Positions 21,814-30,795 of a DNA stretch of 64,000 nt are shown one piece after another. Position 1 is the stretch's first letter. Each line of letters starts with the position of its first letter. The notes under the pieces were generated by a model. The model saw only the letters and a program-made list of their open reading frames with translations. It ran no database searches and was not told where the DNA came from. Location of the stretch: contig JBBRLQ010000025.1 in assembly GCA_038231275.1 (NCBI GenBank), positions 1 through 64,000 of the forward strand. Reading direction: 5' to 3'. This DNA is from Polyangiales bacterium. Its GTDB lineage: Bacteria > Myxococcota_A > Polyangia > Polyangiales > Polyangiaceae. Position numbers and translations under genes: made by a program.

Positions 21814-22888
21814 TCCGGTTCGCGCGGTCGACCTTCCCGACGAAAAAATCGAACGTGCCGTGATCCCACGAGAGCGCGTGCCGGAGGACGTCGCGCGCGT
21901 TGCCGCCGGCGGGCACCGGCTCGACGTCGACGATCTCGCCGTCCCTGAGGAAGAGGATGCACCTCGCGAGGCCCCGATCGAGGCGGAGCTCGCCGCTCAT
22001 CCGCTCCATGTCGAAGAGCGACACGAGTGCCGAGAGGCGAACCCGTGCGAGCTGGCCGCTCATGTGGTTCGGCGTCCGGCGCTCTTGCTCGGCGGCCGGC
22101 GAAAGGACGAGCGCCGAGAGCAGGTCGTCGAGCGTGTCGTCGGTGATGCCCTGGAGCGCCTCACGCGTGGTCGACTTCGAATCGGGCGGCGTGCGCGCGG
22201 CGGCGGCGCGGGCGGCGTCGTCGAGCTTCACCGCGCGGAACGAGGTCGAGGAGCGGCGGCGCACGGGCCCGTCGACCTCCTCGTGCACGTCCACCTCGAT
22301 GAGGAAGCGGGCGCCCTTGTCGGGATCGTCGATCTCGCGGATCCGGCTCGCGCGACCGCGCACCGAGATGGGCCTTGCGATGCCGGGGGCCGAGATGTCC
22401 GCTCGCACCGTCTCTCCGCGCGCGACGCGCCAGCTCGTCTCCAGGGTGAACGAGCGCACCGTGAGGCGGCGCACCGCGACGTCGGGATTCACGCCCTCGG
22501 TCGGGGCCGGGGAGTATGCGTCGACGCGCGGCTCGATCGCTGGAGCGTCGCTCGCCTCGAGCGCGTGCACGACGAAGTCCTTGATCTTCTCGCGCGTCGC
22601 CTCGCTCTCCGGCATGAACTCGAAGGCGACGCCCCACCGTCGACCGTCGCCGTCATCGAGCGTGACGCGCCGCGCGACGTGCGCCATCAGGCGAAGCGAG
22701 CGCGTCCGGTCGAGCGAGCCCACGCGGATCCAGTGCACCGCCCCGATTTCGCCGGGGTCGCCGGTCGTCTCGAAATACGCGCCCGTCGCGCTGACGTTGC
22801 CCACGTGCGGGCTCGGCTCCGCGTCGATCCCCTCGATGGCCGCGAGGATCCGGGTCGTCACCCGTACGCTACGCCTCGACTCGTCCAT
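21743..22888 (-). CDS. PilZ domain(s) plus DUF4388-like protein
   Basis: RRSVR and NVSATGA PilZ motifs; C-terminal SGQL..LVSLFDMERMSGEL...LSWDHGTFDF. Confidence 0.75.
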   Translation of the reverse strand: MDESRRSVRVTTRILAAIEGIDAEPSPHVGNVSATGAYFETTGDPGEIGAVHWIRVGSLDRTRSLRLMAHVARRVTLDDGDGRRWGVAFEFMPESEATREKIKDFVVHALEASDAPAIEPRVDAYSPAPTEGVNPDVAVRRLTVRSFTLETSWRVARGETVRADISAPGIARPISVRGRASRIREIDDPDKGARFLIEVDVHEEVDGPVRRRSSTSFRAVKLDDAARAAAARTPPDSKSTTREALQGITDDTLDDLLSALVLSPAAEQERRTPNHMSGQLARVRLSALVSLFDMERMSGELRLDRGLARCILFLRDGEIVDVEPVPAGGNARDVLRHALSWDHGTFDFFVGKVDRANRINRGTTALLLDLAREDDEASRAP

Positions 22889-22954
22889 GCCTCGTCAGTT
22901 TTTCACGAAGCGAGCCCCGGGCGAAGCGAAGACGCCGCCGCTGCGAAATTCAGC

Positions 22955-24574
22955 TCATTTCCCGTGCGTGTACTTGTTCGCGCAGTCCGTCACGCGCTGC
23001 TTTGCCGCGTCGCCGCCCTGCGCCATCCCTGACGCCTTCAGCTGCGGCCGTCCTTCGTACCACCCCTTGCCGTCGTCCCGTGCAGGGTACGTCGGTCGTG
23101 AGAAGTCGAAGAAGTCGGTCATGTTCTCGGCGTTGGCGTCGCGCGACGAGAGCGCCGGCAGATCGAAGCGCGTCTCGATGAAGCGGAGGATGCTCGTGTG
23201 GTCGTACGTGACGTGCGAGACGTGGTGCGCCTTGACCCACGGCGAGATGACGAGCACCGGCACGCGGAAGCCGTAGCGGTCGAAGCCGTCGCCCGGGTGG
23301 TCCTTGGCGTACTCGGTGTCCTCGGAGCCGTGGAAGACCGGCTTGTTCCCGTCCGGCGCGCAGGCCTTGGGCGGCGTGACGTGGTCGTAGATGCCGCCGT
23401 TTTCGTCCCAGGTCACGAAGAGCGCGGTGTGGTTCCAGTCCTTGCCATCCATGAGCGCGTGGGTGACGCGGCTCACGTAGTCCTCGCCCGCCTGGATGTT
23501 GCTCGGCGGGTGCTCGTCGTTGGCCTGGCTCGAGCCGCCCGTCAGGTTCGGATCGACGAAGGCGACGTGCGGGAGGCGGCCGTGCTTGGCGTCGTCGTAG
23601 AACTCGTTCATCGAGTGGAACTTGAAGATGGTGCCCCAGCCCCAGTGCCCGTGCGGCCCGATGCCGTCGCCGACCGCCGTCGAGACGCCGACCTTGAGCT
23701 TCATGAGCGAGCTGATCTCCGGGAACGGACCGGGCAAATCCACGCTCACGCGGCCGTCGGTGTAGATGTCCCAGGAGATACCGGCCTTCTGGAGGCGGTC
23801 GAAGATGAGGCGCTCGCTGCTCTCGTTGTCGTCGTCGTACGGCGCGCGGAACGGCACGTGCGCGTTGTCGCGGGCCTGGAGGCCCGTCCAGTTGTAGGTG
23901 AGGCCCTTGCTCGTCGCCGAGTAGAGGAAATCACGGTTCGGGAACGTCGGCCCTAGGAGCGACGAGAAGTAGCGATCGCCGATGCCGAAGGTGGTGGCGA
24001 CGTCGTAGTAAAACGGGAGATCGCGATCGTCGTACCAATCGAGCGCGCGCTGGCCGCTCGTGAGCGAGTCATCGAGACCGAGCTCCGACTTGTGATTGTT
24101 CGCGAGGAAGAAGCCGTCGTTCTTGCCGCCGTTGAACTCCTCGTGCGCGCCGTACCACTCGTGGTTGGTGTCGGCGTGGCAAAGCTCCGGCGCGTGATGC
24201 CCGCTCAGCTTGCCGCCCTTGCCGTCGTCCTGCCCGCTCGCCTGTGCGCCGTCGACCTGCCAGCCGGAGTACTCGGCCTGGAGGCGCGCGTCGTTGCGGA
24301 CCTTCTTCGCGAGGTACGCGTTCAGCTGCCCGAAGTAGTGATCGAAGGAGCGGTTCTCCTGCATGAGGACCACGATCTTGTCGACCGTCCCCGACGGGAC
24401 CTTCGCGTTCGGCAATGTCGTGCTCGGCTTGTCGCCGCGCTTGAACGCGCACGCGGCGCGTCCTGACAGGGCCTGGTCCTCGGCCTGGCCGACGGATTCG
24501 TCGGGGGCGGAGCTGCAGGCGAGGGCGGACGAACCAGCGAGGAGCATGAAGAGGAGCGATCGGGTCGGGCTCAT
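22955..24574 (-). CDS. Phospholipase C / acid phosphatase (phosphoesterase family) lipoprotein
   Basis: VLMQENRSFDHYFG, GPTFPNR, TWDENGGIYDHV, GFRVP..ISPW, YDHTSILRFIE. Confidence 0.92.
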   Translation of the reverse strand: MSPTRSLLFMLLAGSSALACSSAPDESVGQAEDQALSGRAACAFKRGDKPSTTLPNAKVPSGTVDKIVVLMQENRSFDHYFGQLNAYLAKKVRNDARLQAEYSGWQVDGAQASGQDDGKGGKLSGHHAPELCHADTNHEWYGAHEEFNGGKNDGFFLANNHKSELGLDDSLTSGQRALDWYDDRDLPFYYDVATTFGIGDRYFSSLLGPTFPNRDFLYSATSKGLTYNWTGLQARDNAHVPFRAPYDDDNESSERLIFDRLQKAGISWDIYTDGRVSVDLPGPFPEISSLMKLKVGVSTAVGDGIGPHGHWGWGTIFKFHSMNEFYDDAKHGRLPHVAFVDPNLTGGSSQANDEHPPSNIQAGEDYVSRVTHALMDGKDWNHTALFVTWDENGGIYDHVTPPKACAPDGNKPVFHGSEDTEYAKDHPGDGFDRYGFRVPVLVISPWVKAHHVSHVTYDHTSILRFIETRFDLPALSSRDANAENMTDFFDFSRPTYPARDDGKGWYEGRPQLKASGMAQGGDAAKQRVTDCANKYTHGK

Positions 24575-24587
24575 GAAACCCAGGTAG

Positions 24588-24604
24588 AGCAATGTGTGCG
24601 CCAA
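24588..24604 (-). promoter_or_regulatory. Putative sigma-54 -24/-12 promoter
   Basis: Minus strand TTGGCGCACACATTGCT, near consensus; -12 C lies 15 nt before ATG 24574. Confidence 0.6.
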
Positions 24605-24798
24605 ACGCACCCGGGCCTACGTTAACGGGATGTTGGCTCTACTTTAAGGAACCATTCCAGGCAATTGCAGCGTCCGACGCGCGGGACACTGGTGTCCGAT
24701 CGCTCCATGGTCGCCGGCAATCCATCGTGGCGAATCGCGGGTCGCGAACGCGAGCACGCGCGGGACAAGCGAAGGGCTGCGTGCCCATCGCGCGTGAG

Positions 24799-25761
24799 TC
24801 AGAGCTTCGTGCCGGGAGGCGACCACGCGACCTCGCCGAGGTTGACGCCGCCCAGCGACGCCTTCGAATCGAGGATCGTGACCGGCTTCCCGCCGGCGGC
24901 CGGCACGACGTTCACGCTGTACATCGACGCGGCGTAGGCGAGCAAGCCCGCGGCGCTCCACGAGGGTCGCGACACGTCGTAGCGCGCGCTGGGGTCGAGC
25001 GAGTCTCCCGCGGCGCAGATGCTTCCGACGGCGCTCAGCGGCGCAACACGGACTCCGCAGTCGGACGCCACGGCGAGGTCCTCGCCGTCGGGCGACACCG
25101 TCGCGAACGGGCCGGTGCCGGTCCCGACCGAGAGGATCACGTGATGCTCGCTCCCGCTCACCGGCCCGATCTCGAGCGCGCCACGGCGATCGAAGATGAG
25201 GGATGCGCTGTCGTGGGTGAAGACGGGATGCCCGTAGTTCGCGTACCACGCCTCACCGGGCGGCGGTCCCTGGACGAACCGTCGCTCGCCGGTGCCGTCG
25301 GCGTTCACGATCCAGATGTCGACGTCCCGCGTGAAGGCCAGGAGCTTCCCGTCCGGCGACCACGCGGGGATGCTGTCGACGCCGTGGGTGATCTGCCGCG
25401 AGCTTCCGGTCGCGAGATCGCGGACCCATATCCCGCCCCTCCCCGCGTACGCGAGCGCCTCTCCGTTCGCCGAGAACGCCGGCGCTCCGGCGGGGCCGCC
25501 GAGATCGAGCTGGCGCAAGCCCGAGCCGTCGGCGCGCAAGATGTAGATGCCGTCGGCGGCGGGCCCCCACGTGGAGACCGCGAGCCACACGTCGCTTGGA
25601 TCGGAGGAAGGGCGCGCGGCGCGCTCGCTCGGCGGGGTCGAGGCAGGGTCGCCGGTGGGCTCCGCAGGCGCAGAGCCACCAGCGCCCTCCGCGTGGACCC
25701 TGCCGCCGCACGCGGAGACGACGAACGAGGTGACCAAAAAGACCCAGGTGCAAGCGCGCAT
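24799..25761 (-). CDS. TolB-like (PD40) beta-propeller lipoprotein
   Basis: Lipobox VSAC; repeated PAFSANG, PAWSPDG, VSPDG, VAWSP. Confidence 0.8.
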   Translation of the reverse strand: MRACTWVFLVTSFVVSACGGRVHAEGAGGSAPAEPTGDPASTPPSERAARPSSDPSDVWLAVSTWGPAADGIYILRADGSGLRQLDLGGPAGAPAFSANGEALAYAGRGGIWVRDLATGSSRQITHGVDSIPAWSPDGKLLAFTRDVDIWIVNADGTGERRFVQGPPPGEAWYANYGHPVFTHDSASLIFDRRGALEIGPVSGSEHHVILSVGTGTGPFATVSPDGEDLAVASDCGVRVAPLSAVGSICAAGDSLDPSARYDVSRPSWSAAGLLAYAASMYSVNVVPAAGGKPVTILDSKASLGGVNLGEVAWSPPGTKL

Positions 25762-25830
25762 ACCTTTGCTTGGTCGCAGCGGGTCACGCTCATTTGTTTT
25801 TTTCGGGCCGCGGCCTACCGGGGCGTGCGC

Positions 25831-25926
25831 TCAGGTTTCGCGTTTGGGCTTTTTTGGCGCGCCGGCGACGACTCGCCCGCCGCACGCCCCGATGAAACCG
25901 AGCAGCACGAAGAGACTCCGGCGCAT
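25831..25926 (-). pseudogene. 31-aa mini-ORF: lipoprotein signal peptide plus short tail (remnant or micro-lipoprotein)
   Basis: MRRSLFVLLGFIGACGGRVVAGAPKKPKRET; shares ACGGRV with the downstream lipoprotein. Confidence 0.45.
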
Positions 25927-25937
25927 GCCCCGACCAA

Positions 25938-25954
25938 CGCATCGCGCGTGCCAC
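25938..25954 (-). promoter_or_regulatory. Putative sigma-54 -24/-12 promoter
   Basis: Minus strand GTGGCACGCGCGATGCG; -12 C lies 13 nt before ATG 25926. Confidence 0.55.
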
Positions 25955-26044
25955 GTCGAATCGCAAAGAGTTCCTGCGGATGCTCGACCTCGGCGTGCGC
26001 AGGCTAACGGCGCCATGGCGGCGGTCTCCGACTGCGCGCGGGTG

Positions 26045-27064
26045 TCACTTCTGCGGCGGAAGCGTGTAGACGCAGGCGCCGACCTCGCTCGTCACCGCGG
26101 TGTACGTGGCGGTCGGCGGCCACGCGTAGCCGAAGAGCATGCACATCTCGTTGTCGCCGATGCCCTCGGTGATCGCCTTGTCGAACGTGTTCTTCCACGT
26201 GCACGCGAAGGTGACGCCGTCGCCTTGCGACAGATCGATCGGAGGGTCATACGCGCGGATGACGCCGTTGGCGGGATCGTAGCCCTTCGACGCGAGAAAC
26301 TCTTGCCCGTCCAGCGCGCCGCCAAGGAAGCCGGCGGTGAGCGCGGTGCCGAGCTTGTGCATGTGCGGCAGCACGTTCACGATGTGCATGCCCTGCGGGA
26401 TCCTGCACGTGCCGGTGATCGTCTTGGTCGCCTGCGGCGGGATCTGAAAATCGCGGATCGTCCAGATGAACGGCGCGATCTCGTGCACCACCGTGGACTC
26501 GTCGATCGTGTACCAGCTGTACACGGGCGCGAGCGTGAGCGGCGCCGTCGTCGTGTTGAGGTAGTGCATCCTCGCGACGATCTCGAAGCCGTCGCGGATG
26601 CGAAAGGCGTGGCCGTCGGGAAAGCTCTGCCACTCCGTGCCTTCACGTTGCGTCGACGAACCGAAGAGGACAGAGCCGCCCTGGAGCACGTCGAAGCCTT
26701 CGCCGCCGACGATGTTGGGATCCTTCTCGGTGTCGCACGAGCGGACGCCGTCACCGGTCTTCGGGCGCGTCGTGATGTTGCCGTGGTGCATGCCCTTGTC
26801 GACGGTGAGCGAGCCGCCGCCGACGAGGTGCGAAGGACCGTCGACGGTGAGCGGGAACACGAAGCACGGCTGGAGCTCGTCGCCCGGCTGGAGGGTGACG
26901 GACGGGAGCTGGATCGAGAACCCGCCGACGGTGTGGCTCGGCTGCGCGGCGCGCGGCGGCTCGCCTCGCGAGAACGCGGGAGGCGCGGGGCTCGATGTTG
27001 CGCTCGTCCCCTTGCCGCCGCATGCCGCGACCACCACGGCCACCGAGAGCACGAACCTGCGCAT
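26045..27064 (-). CDS. Copper type II ascorbate-dependent monooxygenase-like (PHM/DBH fold) lipoprotein
   Basis: MHHG, MHYLN, LPHMHKLG, NEMC copper-ligand motifs; lipobox VAAC; GGAGG RBS. Confidence 0.8.
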   Translation of the reverse strand: MRRFVLSVAVVVAACGGKGTSATSSPAPPAFSRGEPPRAAQPSHTVGGFSIQLPSVTLQPGDELQPCFVFPLTVDGPSHLVGGGSLTVDKGMHHGNITTRPKTGDGVRSCDTEKDPNIVGGEGFDVLQGGSVLFGSSTQREGTEWQSFPDGHAFRIRDGFEIVARMHYLNTTTAPLTLAPVYSWYTIDESTVVHEIAPFIWTIRDFQIPPQATKTITGTCRIPQGMHIVNVLPHMHKLGTALTAGFLGGALDGQEFLASKGYDPANGVIRAYDPPIDLSQGDGVTFACTWKNTFDKAITEGIGDNEMCMLFGYAWPPTATYTAVTSEVGACVYTLPPQK

Positions 27065-27142
27065 GCGTCCTCCGCCCAAATGGTTCGTACACCAAATATC
27101 GAGAGGGTCAAGGCGCGGAGCCGGGCGTTCCTGGCCCCCGCG

Positions 27143-27265
27143 CTACGTCTCGAACGTGATGACGTTGCCGCCGGCGAAGGGCATCATCGTCATCCCCTTG
27201 TCCGCGAGCTCCTTCGCGCCTCGCGTATAGACGGAACGTCTTGGAGACGCCGTTCGCCTTCGTGC
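27143..27265 (-). pseudogene. Frameshifted 3' fragment of a paralog of the Rhs immunity gene 30283..30795
   Basis: 27141-27220 matches 30281-30360 at 74/80 nt; upstream TKANGVSKTFR (vs TKASMIAKGFR) lies in a different frame. Confidence 0.85.
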
Positions 27266-27291
27266 GGCATGAAACGGAATCGTCGAACGGC

Positions 27292-27831
27292 TCACGCTCT
27301 CCTCGGTTTTCTCGGCGCGTACGCGAAGTAAAGGTTCGCCGTACGTCCGGCGAGGATGCGGCCCTCCGTCGACCATCGCACGGCGCCGGGCCCAAGCCAC
27401 ACGCCTTTCTCACGACCGAGACGAACGCCAGAGGCCGGATTGACGCGCTCCACCTCCGACGTGCAGAAGGCCTTCACCTGCTTCCAGACGCGCTCCACGA
27501 AGGCCTCCGCCTCCTCCTCGTGCTCGCCTCTCTCGAGGACGATCGCGAGACGCCCCGCGCGCATCTCGTGCTGGCCGGGCAAGAGCCGCGACGGGAGCAC
27601 GCGGCTACGCTGGAACTGGAGCTGCGGGGTGCCTCGCTTCGGCGTCTCCTCGGTGACGGGCACGGCGGGGATCCAAATCTGAACGGCGTCGCCGAGCTCC
27701 TGCACGCGCTTCACCGTGGCGCCGGCGTCGCGAAAGAGCGTGAGCCAGGGGAAGAGCGCGCCCACGTCGGCGAGCAGCGCGTGCTCGTCGTCCTCGGTGA
27801 GGAACACGGTGAGCTGCGTATTGTTCGGCAT
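27292..27831 (-). CDS. Putative orphan immunity protein
   Basis: Compact ORF in array downstream of Rhs; C-terminus VNPASG..EKGVWLGPGAVRWSTEG resembles the cognate immunity TNPGTK..AKGFRFTAGAKELADKG. Confidence 0.6.
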   Translation of the reverse strand: MPNNTQLTVFLTEDDEHALLADVGALFPWLTLFRDAGATVKRVQELGDAVQIWIPAVPVTEETPKRGTPQLQFQRSRVLPSRLLPGQHEMRAGRLAIVLERGEHEEEAEAFVERVWKQVKAFCTSEVERVNPASGVRLGREKGVWLGPGAVRWSTEGRILAGRTANLYFAYAPRKPRRA

Positions 27832-27841
27832 CGTTCGCGGC

Positions 27842-28456
27842 TCAGGCCTTCTGCTTCGCGGCCGGCTGGGGCTTCGCCGGCTTCGCCCCCGGGTTGGCGA
27901 CCAGCGGCACCTTGCTCCCGTTCGGATACACGAGCTCGGCGTCGCCGTTCTCCCATCTCTCGGCAAGGTGCGCCGCGACGAAGAGCGGCAGTTTCCCTTC
28001 CGTCACGAGGGGGCTCTCCACGCGAATCTTGCGGAATAGCTCTTTGAGCGGCTTCTCGACGAGCAACGCGGCGGGCGTGGCTGGCTTCATCGGCTCGAAG
28101 AAGAGTCTTGCCACACTGGCGCCGCCCACGACGTAGCCACCTGGGCTCTTCTCTTGCGTTCGGCCCCATTCGAAGTAGCAGCCCGCCGCATCCGGTGTGG
28201 CCGTCACCGTTCGGCCGTCGAACGCTTTCGCGCGGGCGACTCCGGCCATGACCAGCTTCGCGTTGGACACGGGAAAGACCACCAAGCCGCGACCATCGAC
28301 GTCGCGCCCGCGCGTCGTCGCTTCGCGCAGCGGTCGCGCCGTCGGAGGAGCGTCGATGATGCGCGGAAGGTACTCCCACGCGCAGAGGTCCTCGAGCCAG
28401 CCCACGAGAGCGAGCTCGTCCTGGTGGTCCTGCGCGACGGCAATCTGCAATGGCAT
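27842..28456 (-). CDS. Putative orphan immunity protein
   Basis: ATG 2 nt after the stop of a toxin-tip-like remnant; same strand as the array. Confidence 0.55.
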   Translation of the reverse strand: MPLQIAVAQDHQDELALVGWLEDLCAWEYLPRIIDAPPTARPLREATTRGRDVDGRGLVVFPVSNAKLVMAGVARAKAFDGRTVTATPDAAGCYFEWGRTQEKSPGGYVVGGASVARLFFEPMKPATPAALLVEKPLKELFRKIRVESPLVTEGKLPLFVAAHLAERWENGDAELVYPNGSKVPLVANPGAKPAKPQPAAKQKA

Positions 28457-28458
28457 CG

Positions 28459-28572
28459 CTAGGTCTTGCCCCAACTCGGAAGGTCTTGTGGATTCATGAT
28501 CGGCGTCTGGTTTGGTCCAGGCGTCTTGTCCCAAAAGTAAACTGTCTGACCGTTGTAGTCCGGCGAGTCCAT
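28459..28572 (-). pseudogene. Possible orphan toxin C-terminal remnant
   Basis: Lower-GC tract encoding MDSPDYNGQTVYFWDKTPGPNQTPIMNPQDLPSWGKT*, stop adjacent to next ATG. Confidence 0.45.
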
Positions 28573-28616
28573 CACCACGGGAAGTGCGCGACGAGGTCGG
28601 CGAGGAACGCCACAGT

Positions 28617-29099
28617 TCACCAGCGATCCAGCGAACGCTCGACTTCCCAACTCCAGGTGCTCGCCAAGACCTCCGCGACCACGTCGTGGCCGAGCGCGAT
28701 GAAATGCTTCAGACCCCTTGCCGCGCGACCAAGCCCCGCGAGCCACTCGCTGTCCTGCACCTCGTACATTCGAGGATCTGGCGGCGAGCGGCCCGAGTGT
28801 GCGGGCGCGAGACGCGCCCACGCGCCGCCAGGACGAAAGGTCGCTCGAACGAGCCGGTAGGGCGCGTCGGGCGCGGCGGCGCGGCTCGGCGCGCTCGCGT
28901 ACGGGGAATCGACGACCTTGACGCTGTCCGAGCCGCCGGCCGGTTCGCCGTCGTGACGCACCCGGAACTGAGCTGCAAAACGCAAGACAGCCTCCTCTCC
29001 TTCGGCCGCTTCGAGTCGAAGGTAGGGGGTCGATGCGTCGATCATCCAGGGCACGGTAACGGGGATCAGCTGTGGCTTCGGGCTGCTCATGACGCTCAT
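28617..29099 (-). CDS. Putative orphan immunity protein
   Basis: Motif YEVQDSEWL...LKHFIALGHD..AEVLA; ATG 29099 overlaps the upstream remnant stop (ATGA). Confidence 0.6.
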   Translation of the reverse strand: MSVMSSPKPQLIPVTVPWMIDASTPYLRLEAAEGEEAVLRFAAQFRVRHDGEPAGGSDSVKVVDSPYASAPSRAAAPDAPYRLVRATFRPGGAWARLAPAHSGRSPPDPRMYEVQDSEWLAGLGRAARGLKHFIALGHDVVAEVLASTWSWEVERSLDRW

Positions 29100-29280
29100 T
29101 TCGGCCGAGGCAGGGTTACGACAGCCAGCACGGTATCGTCGTTCTTTCCAGGTGTGATCGGGATCGAGTCGCCAGGAATCGTGAAAACCTGCCCTCGGTA
29201 ACGGCGGCTCCATGTCCGCCATCGCGAGTGACCTCGCCTGGGTTCACTGGACCAGCGATTGCTGGAAATTCGCCTCTCTC
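29096..29280 (-). pseudogene. Possible degraded toxin C-terminal remnant
   Basis: Lower-GC tract ending GQVFTIPGDSIPITPGKNDDTVLAVVTLPRPK* with ATGA coupling to the next gene. Confidence 0.4.
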
Positions 29281-29384
29281 GGTGCGGGGCAGCGCGGCCC
29301 GTGCGACTTCGCGGACCGGGACAGTCGGGCCTCGACGACGCAAGAACTGGCGGCGAAGGCGCGCGAAATGCGCGTTCGCGCGAG

Positions 29385-29400
29385 AGGTACGCGCGTTGCA
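29385..29400 (+). promoter_or_regulatory. Putative sigma-54 -24/-12 promoter
   Basis: AGGTACGCGCGTTGCA; -12 C lies 15 nt before GTG 29414. Confidence 0.5.
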
Positions 29401-29413
29401 CCGAGCGCATGAG

Positions 29414-30124
29414 GTGCCTCGACCTCGCGTCGCACATCTGCTCCTCGTCCTCGTCGGCGGCCTCGCGCCGTTGCTGCAAATGCGAACGGCGGAGGCGGCG
29501 CCGCCCGATGGTCGCACCGGCGCGCAGACCACCGCGCGGGAGCGCGAGCAGAGCTCGGTGGAGCTCGCCTTCGGGTTCATCGGCGGCACGGTATCGGTCG
29601 GGGCCGCGAGGTTCCGTGCGTCGGGCGTGAACGGCGCGTATGTGCGCGCCTCGGGGGCCGAGCTCGGGAGCACGCAGCCGTTGGTCTTGGGCGCGGCGGC
29701 GCATGGGCTCTACTTCCCGACGCGGCGCTTCGCCCTCGGCCTGTACGCCGAGGGCGCGGTAGGACCCGGCGGCGGCTCCCCCGTGTCCCCGACGGTGGCC
29801 GCGGCGTCGCCGACCTACGTGAGCACGCTCTCGTTCGGTCCAGGCGCCGAGGTCGTCGTGCTCGAAGGGCGGACCTCGCTGCGCCTCGGCGCCGTCTTCG
29901 GCCTGCGCGCCTCGAGCATCACGCTCGACGCCAAGGATTTTCGAAACGCCAGCGGGCACGCGGGAAGCGCGGCCGCGGCGGATTTCTTCGTCTCTCCGCG
30001 CGTGACGCTGATGCACCGCTGGGGTGACCTGTCGAACGTGGGCGTGTACCTCGGACTCGAGGTCGTGAAGTCCGACGTGCTCGCCCCGGGGCTCGGCGCT
30101 GGCTTCGTCGTCGCCATTCGATGA
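29414..30124 (+). CDS. Exported outer-membrane beta-barrel-like hypothetical protein
   Basis: Signal peptide ending TAEA; alternating Gly/aromatic beta-strand pattern. Confidence 0.55.
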   Translation: MPRPRVAHLLLVLVGGLAPLLQMRTAEAAPPDGRTGAQTTAREREQSSVELAFGFIGGTVSVGAARFRASGVNGAYVRASGAELGSTQPLVLGAAAHGLYFPTRRFALGLYAEGAVGPGGGSPVSPTVAAASPTYVSTLSFGPGAEVVVLEGRTSLRLGAVFGLRASSITLDAKDFRNASGHAGSAAAADFFVSPRVTLMHRWGDLSNVGVYLGLEVVKSDVLAPGLGAGFVVAIR

Positions 30125-30282
30125 CGCAGGCGCTTCGCACGGAATGGTAGACTGGAGAGCGTGAGGCCCCTGGTTCGACGCTTGGCCCTGCAAGTCGGAG
30201 ATGATCTGCGACGCGTCGATGGGCCTCGTCGCGCGAGCCTTCGCGATGAGCGCCCGTGTGTCGCCAGGCCGGGGTCGCCTCG

Positions 30283-30795
30283 CTACGTCTCGAACGTGAT
30301 CACGTTGCTGCCGGCCGAGGGCATCATCGTCATCCCTTTGTCCGCGAGCTCCTTAGCGCCTGCGGTGAAACGAAATCCCTTCGCAATCATGCTCGCCTTC
30401 GTACCAGGATTCGTGACCTTTACGCCGGCGGAGGTCATCTTGCGGACGTGACCGCTCACCAGTTTCCAAGCTTTCAGTACCGCGGGCTTGTCGGAGATGA
30501 TTCCAACCGAGGATTGCCGCAGTTGATTGTTCGCCGGTCGCTCGACACCAAAATGAATGACGTCGTCGGGCTCACAGTTCGTCTCCGTGGCCTTCGTCAC
30601 GCCGATGACGAACTTGAATTGGAGAAACTTCTCGTTCTCGAACGTTTTCGCGATCTCAGTAATGGGCACGAGGAAGGCCCTGGACGGGGGAAATTCCTCG
30701 CAAACGACCGTGCAGTCCACCGCTCCGGCGATCCACTGCGCGAGTGTGCGCAGCTCCGCGGGCGCCGCGTGGAATTGAATGGTCGAACTGCTCAT
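30283..30795 (-). CDS. Putative cognate immunity protein of the Rhs toxin
   Basis: ATGA overlap with Rhs stop; lower GC than flanks; 170 aa. Confidence 0.75.
   Translation of the reverse strand: MSSSTIQFHAAPAELRTLAQWIAGAVDCTVVCEEFPPSRAFLVPITEIAKTFENEKFLQFKFVIGVTKATETNCEPDDVIHFGVERPANNQLRQSSVGIISDKPAVLKAWKLVSGHVRKMTSAGVKVTNPGTKASMIAKGFRFTAGAKELADKGMTMMPSAGSNVITFET

Noticed and set aside
30138..30180. tRNA-like words GGAATGGTAGAC and GGTTCGA
   Set aside because: Spacing too short for an anticodon arm and no acceptor stem
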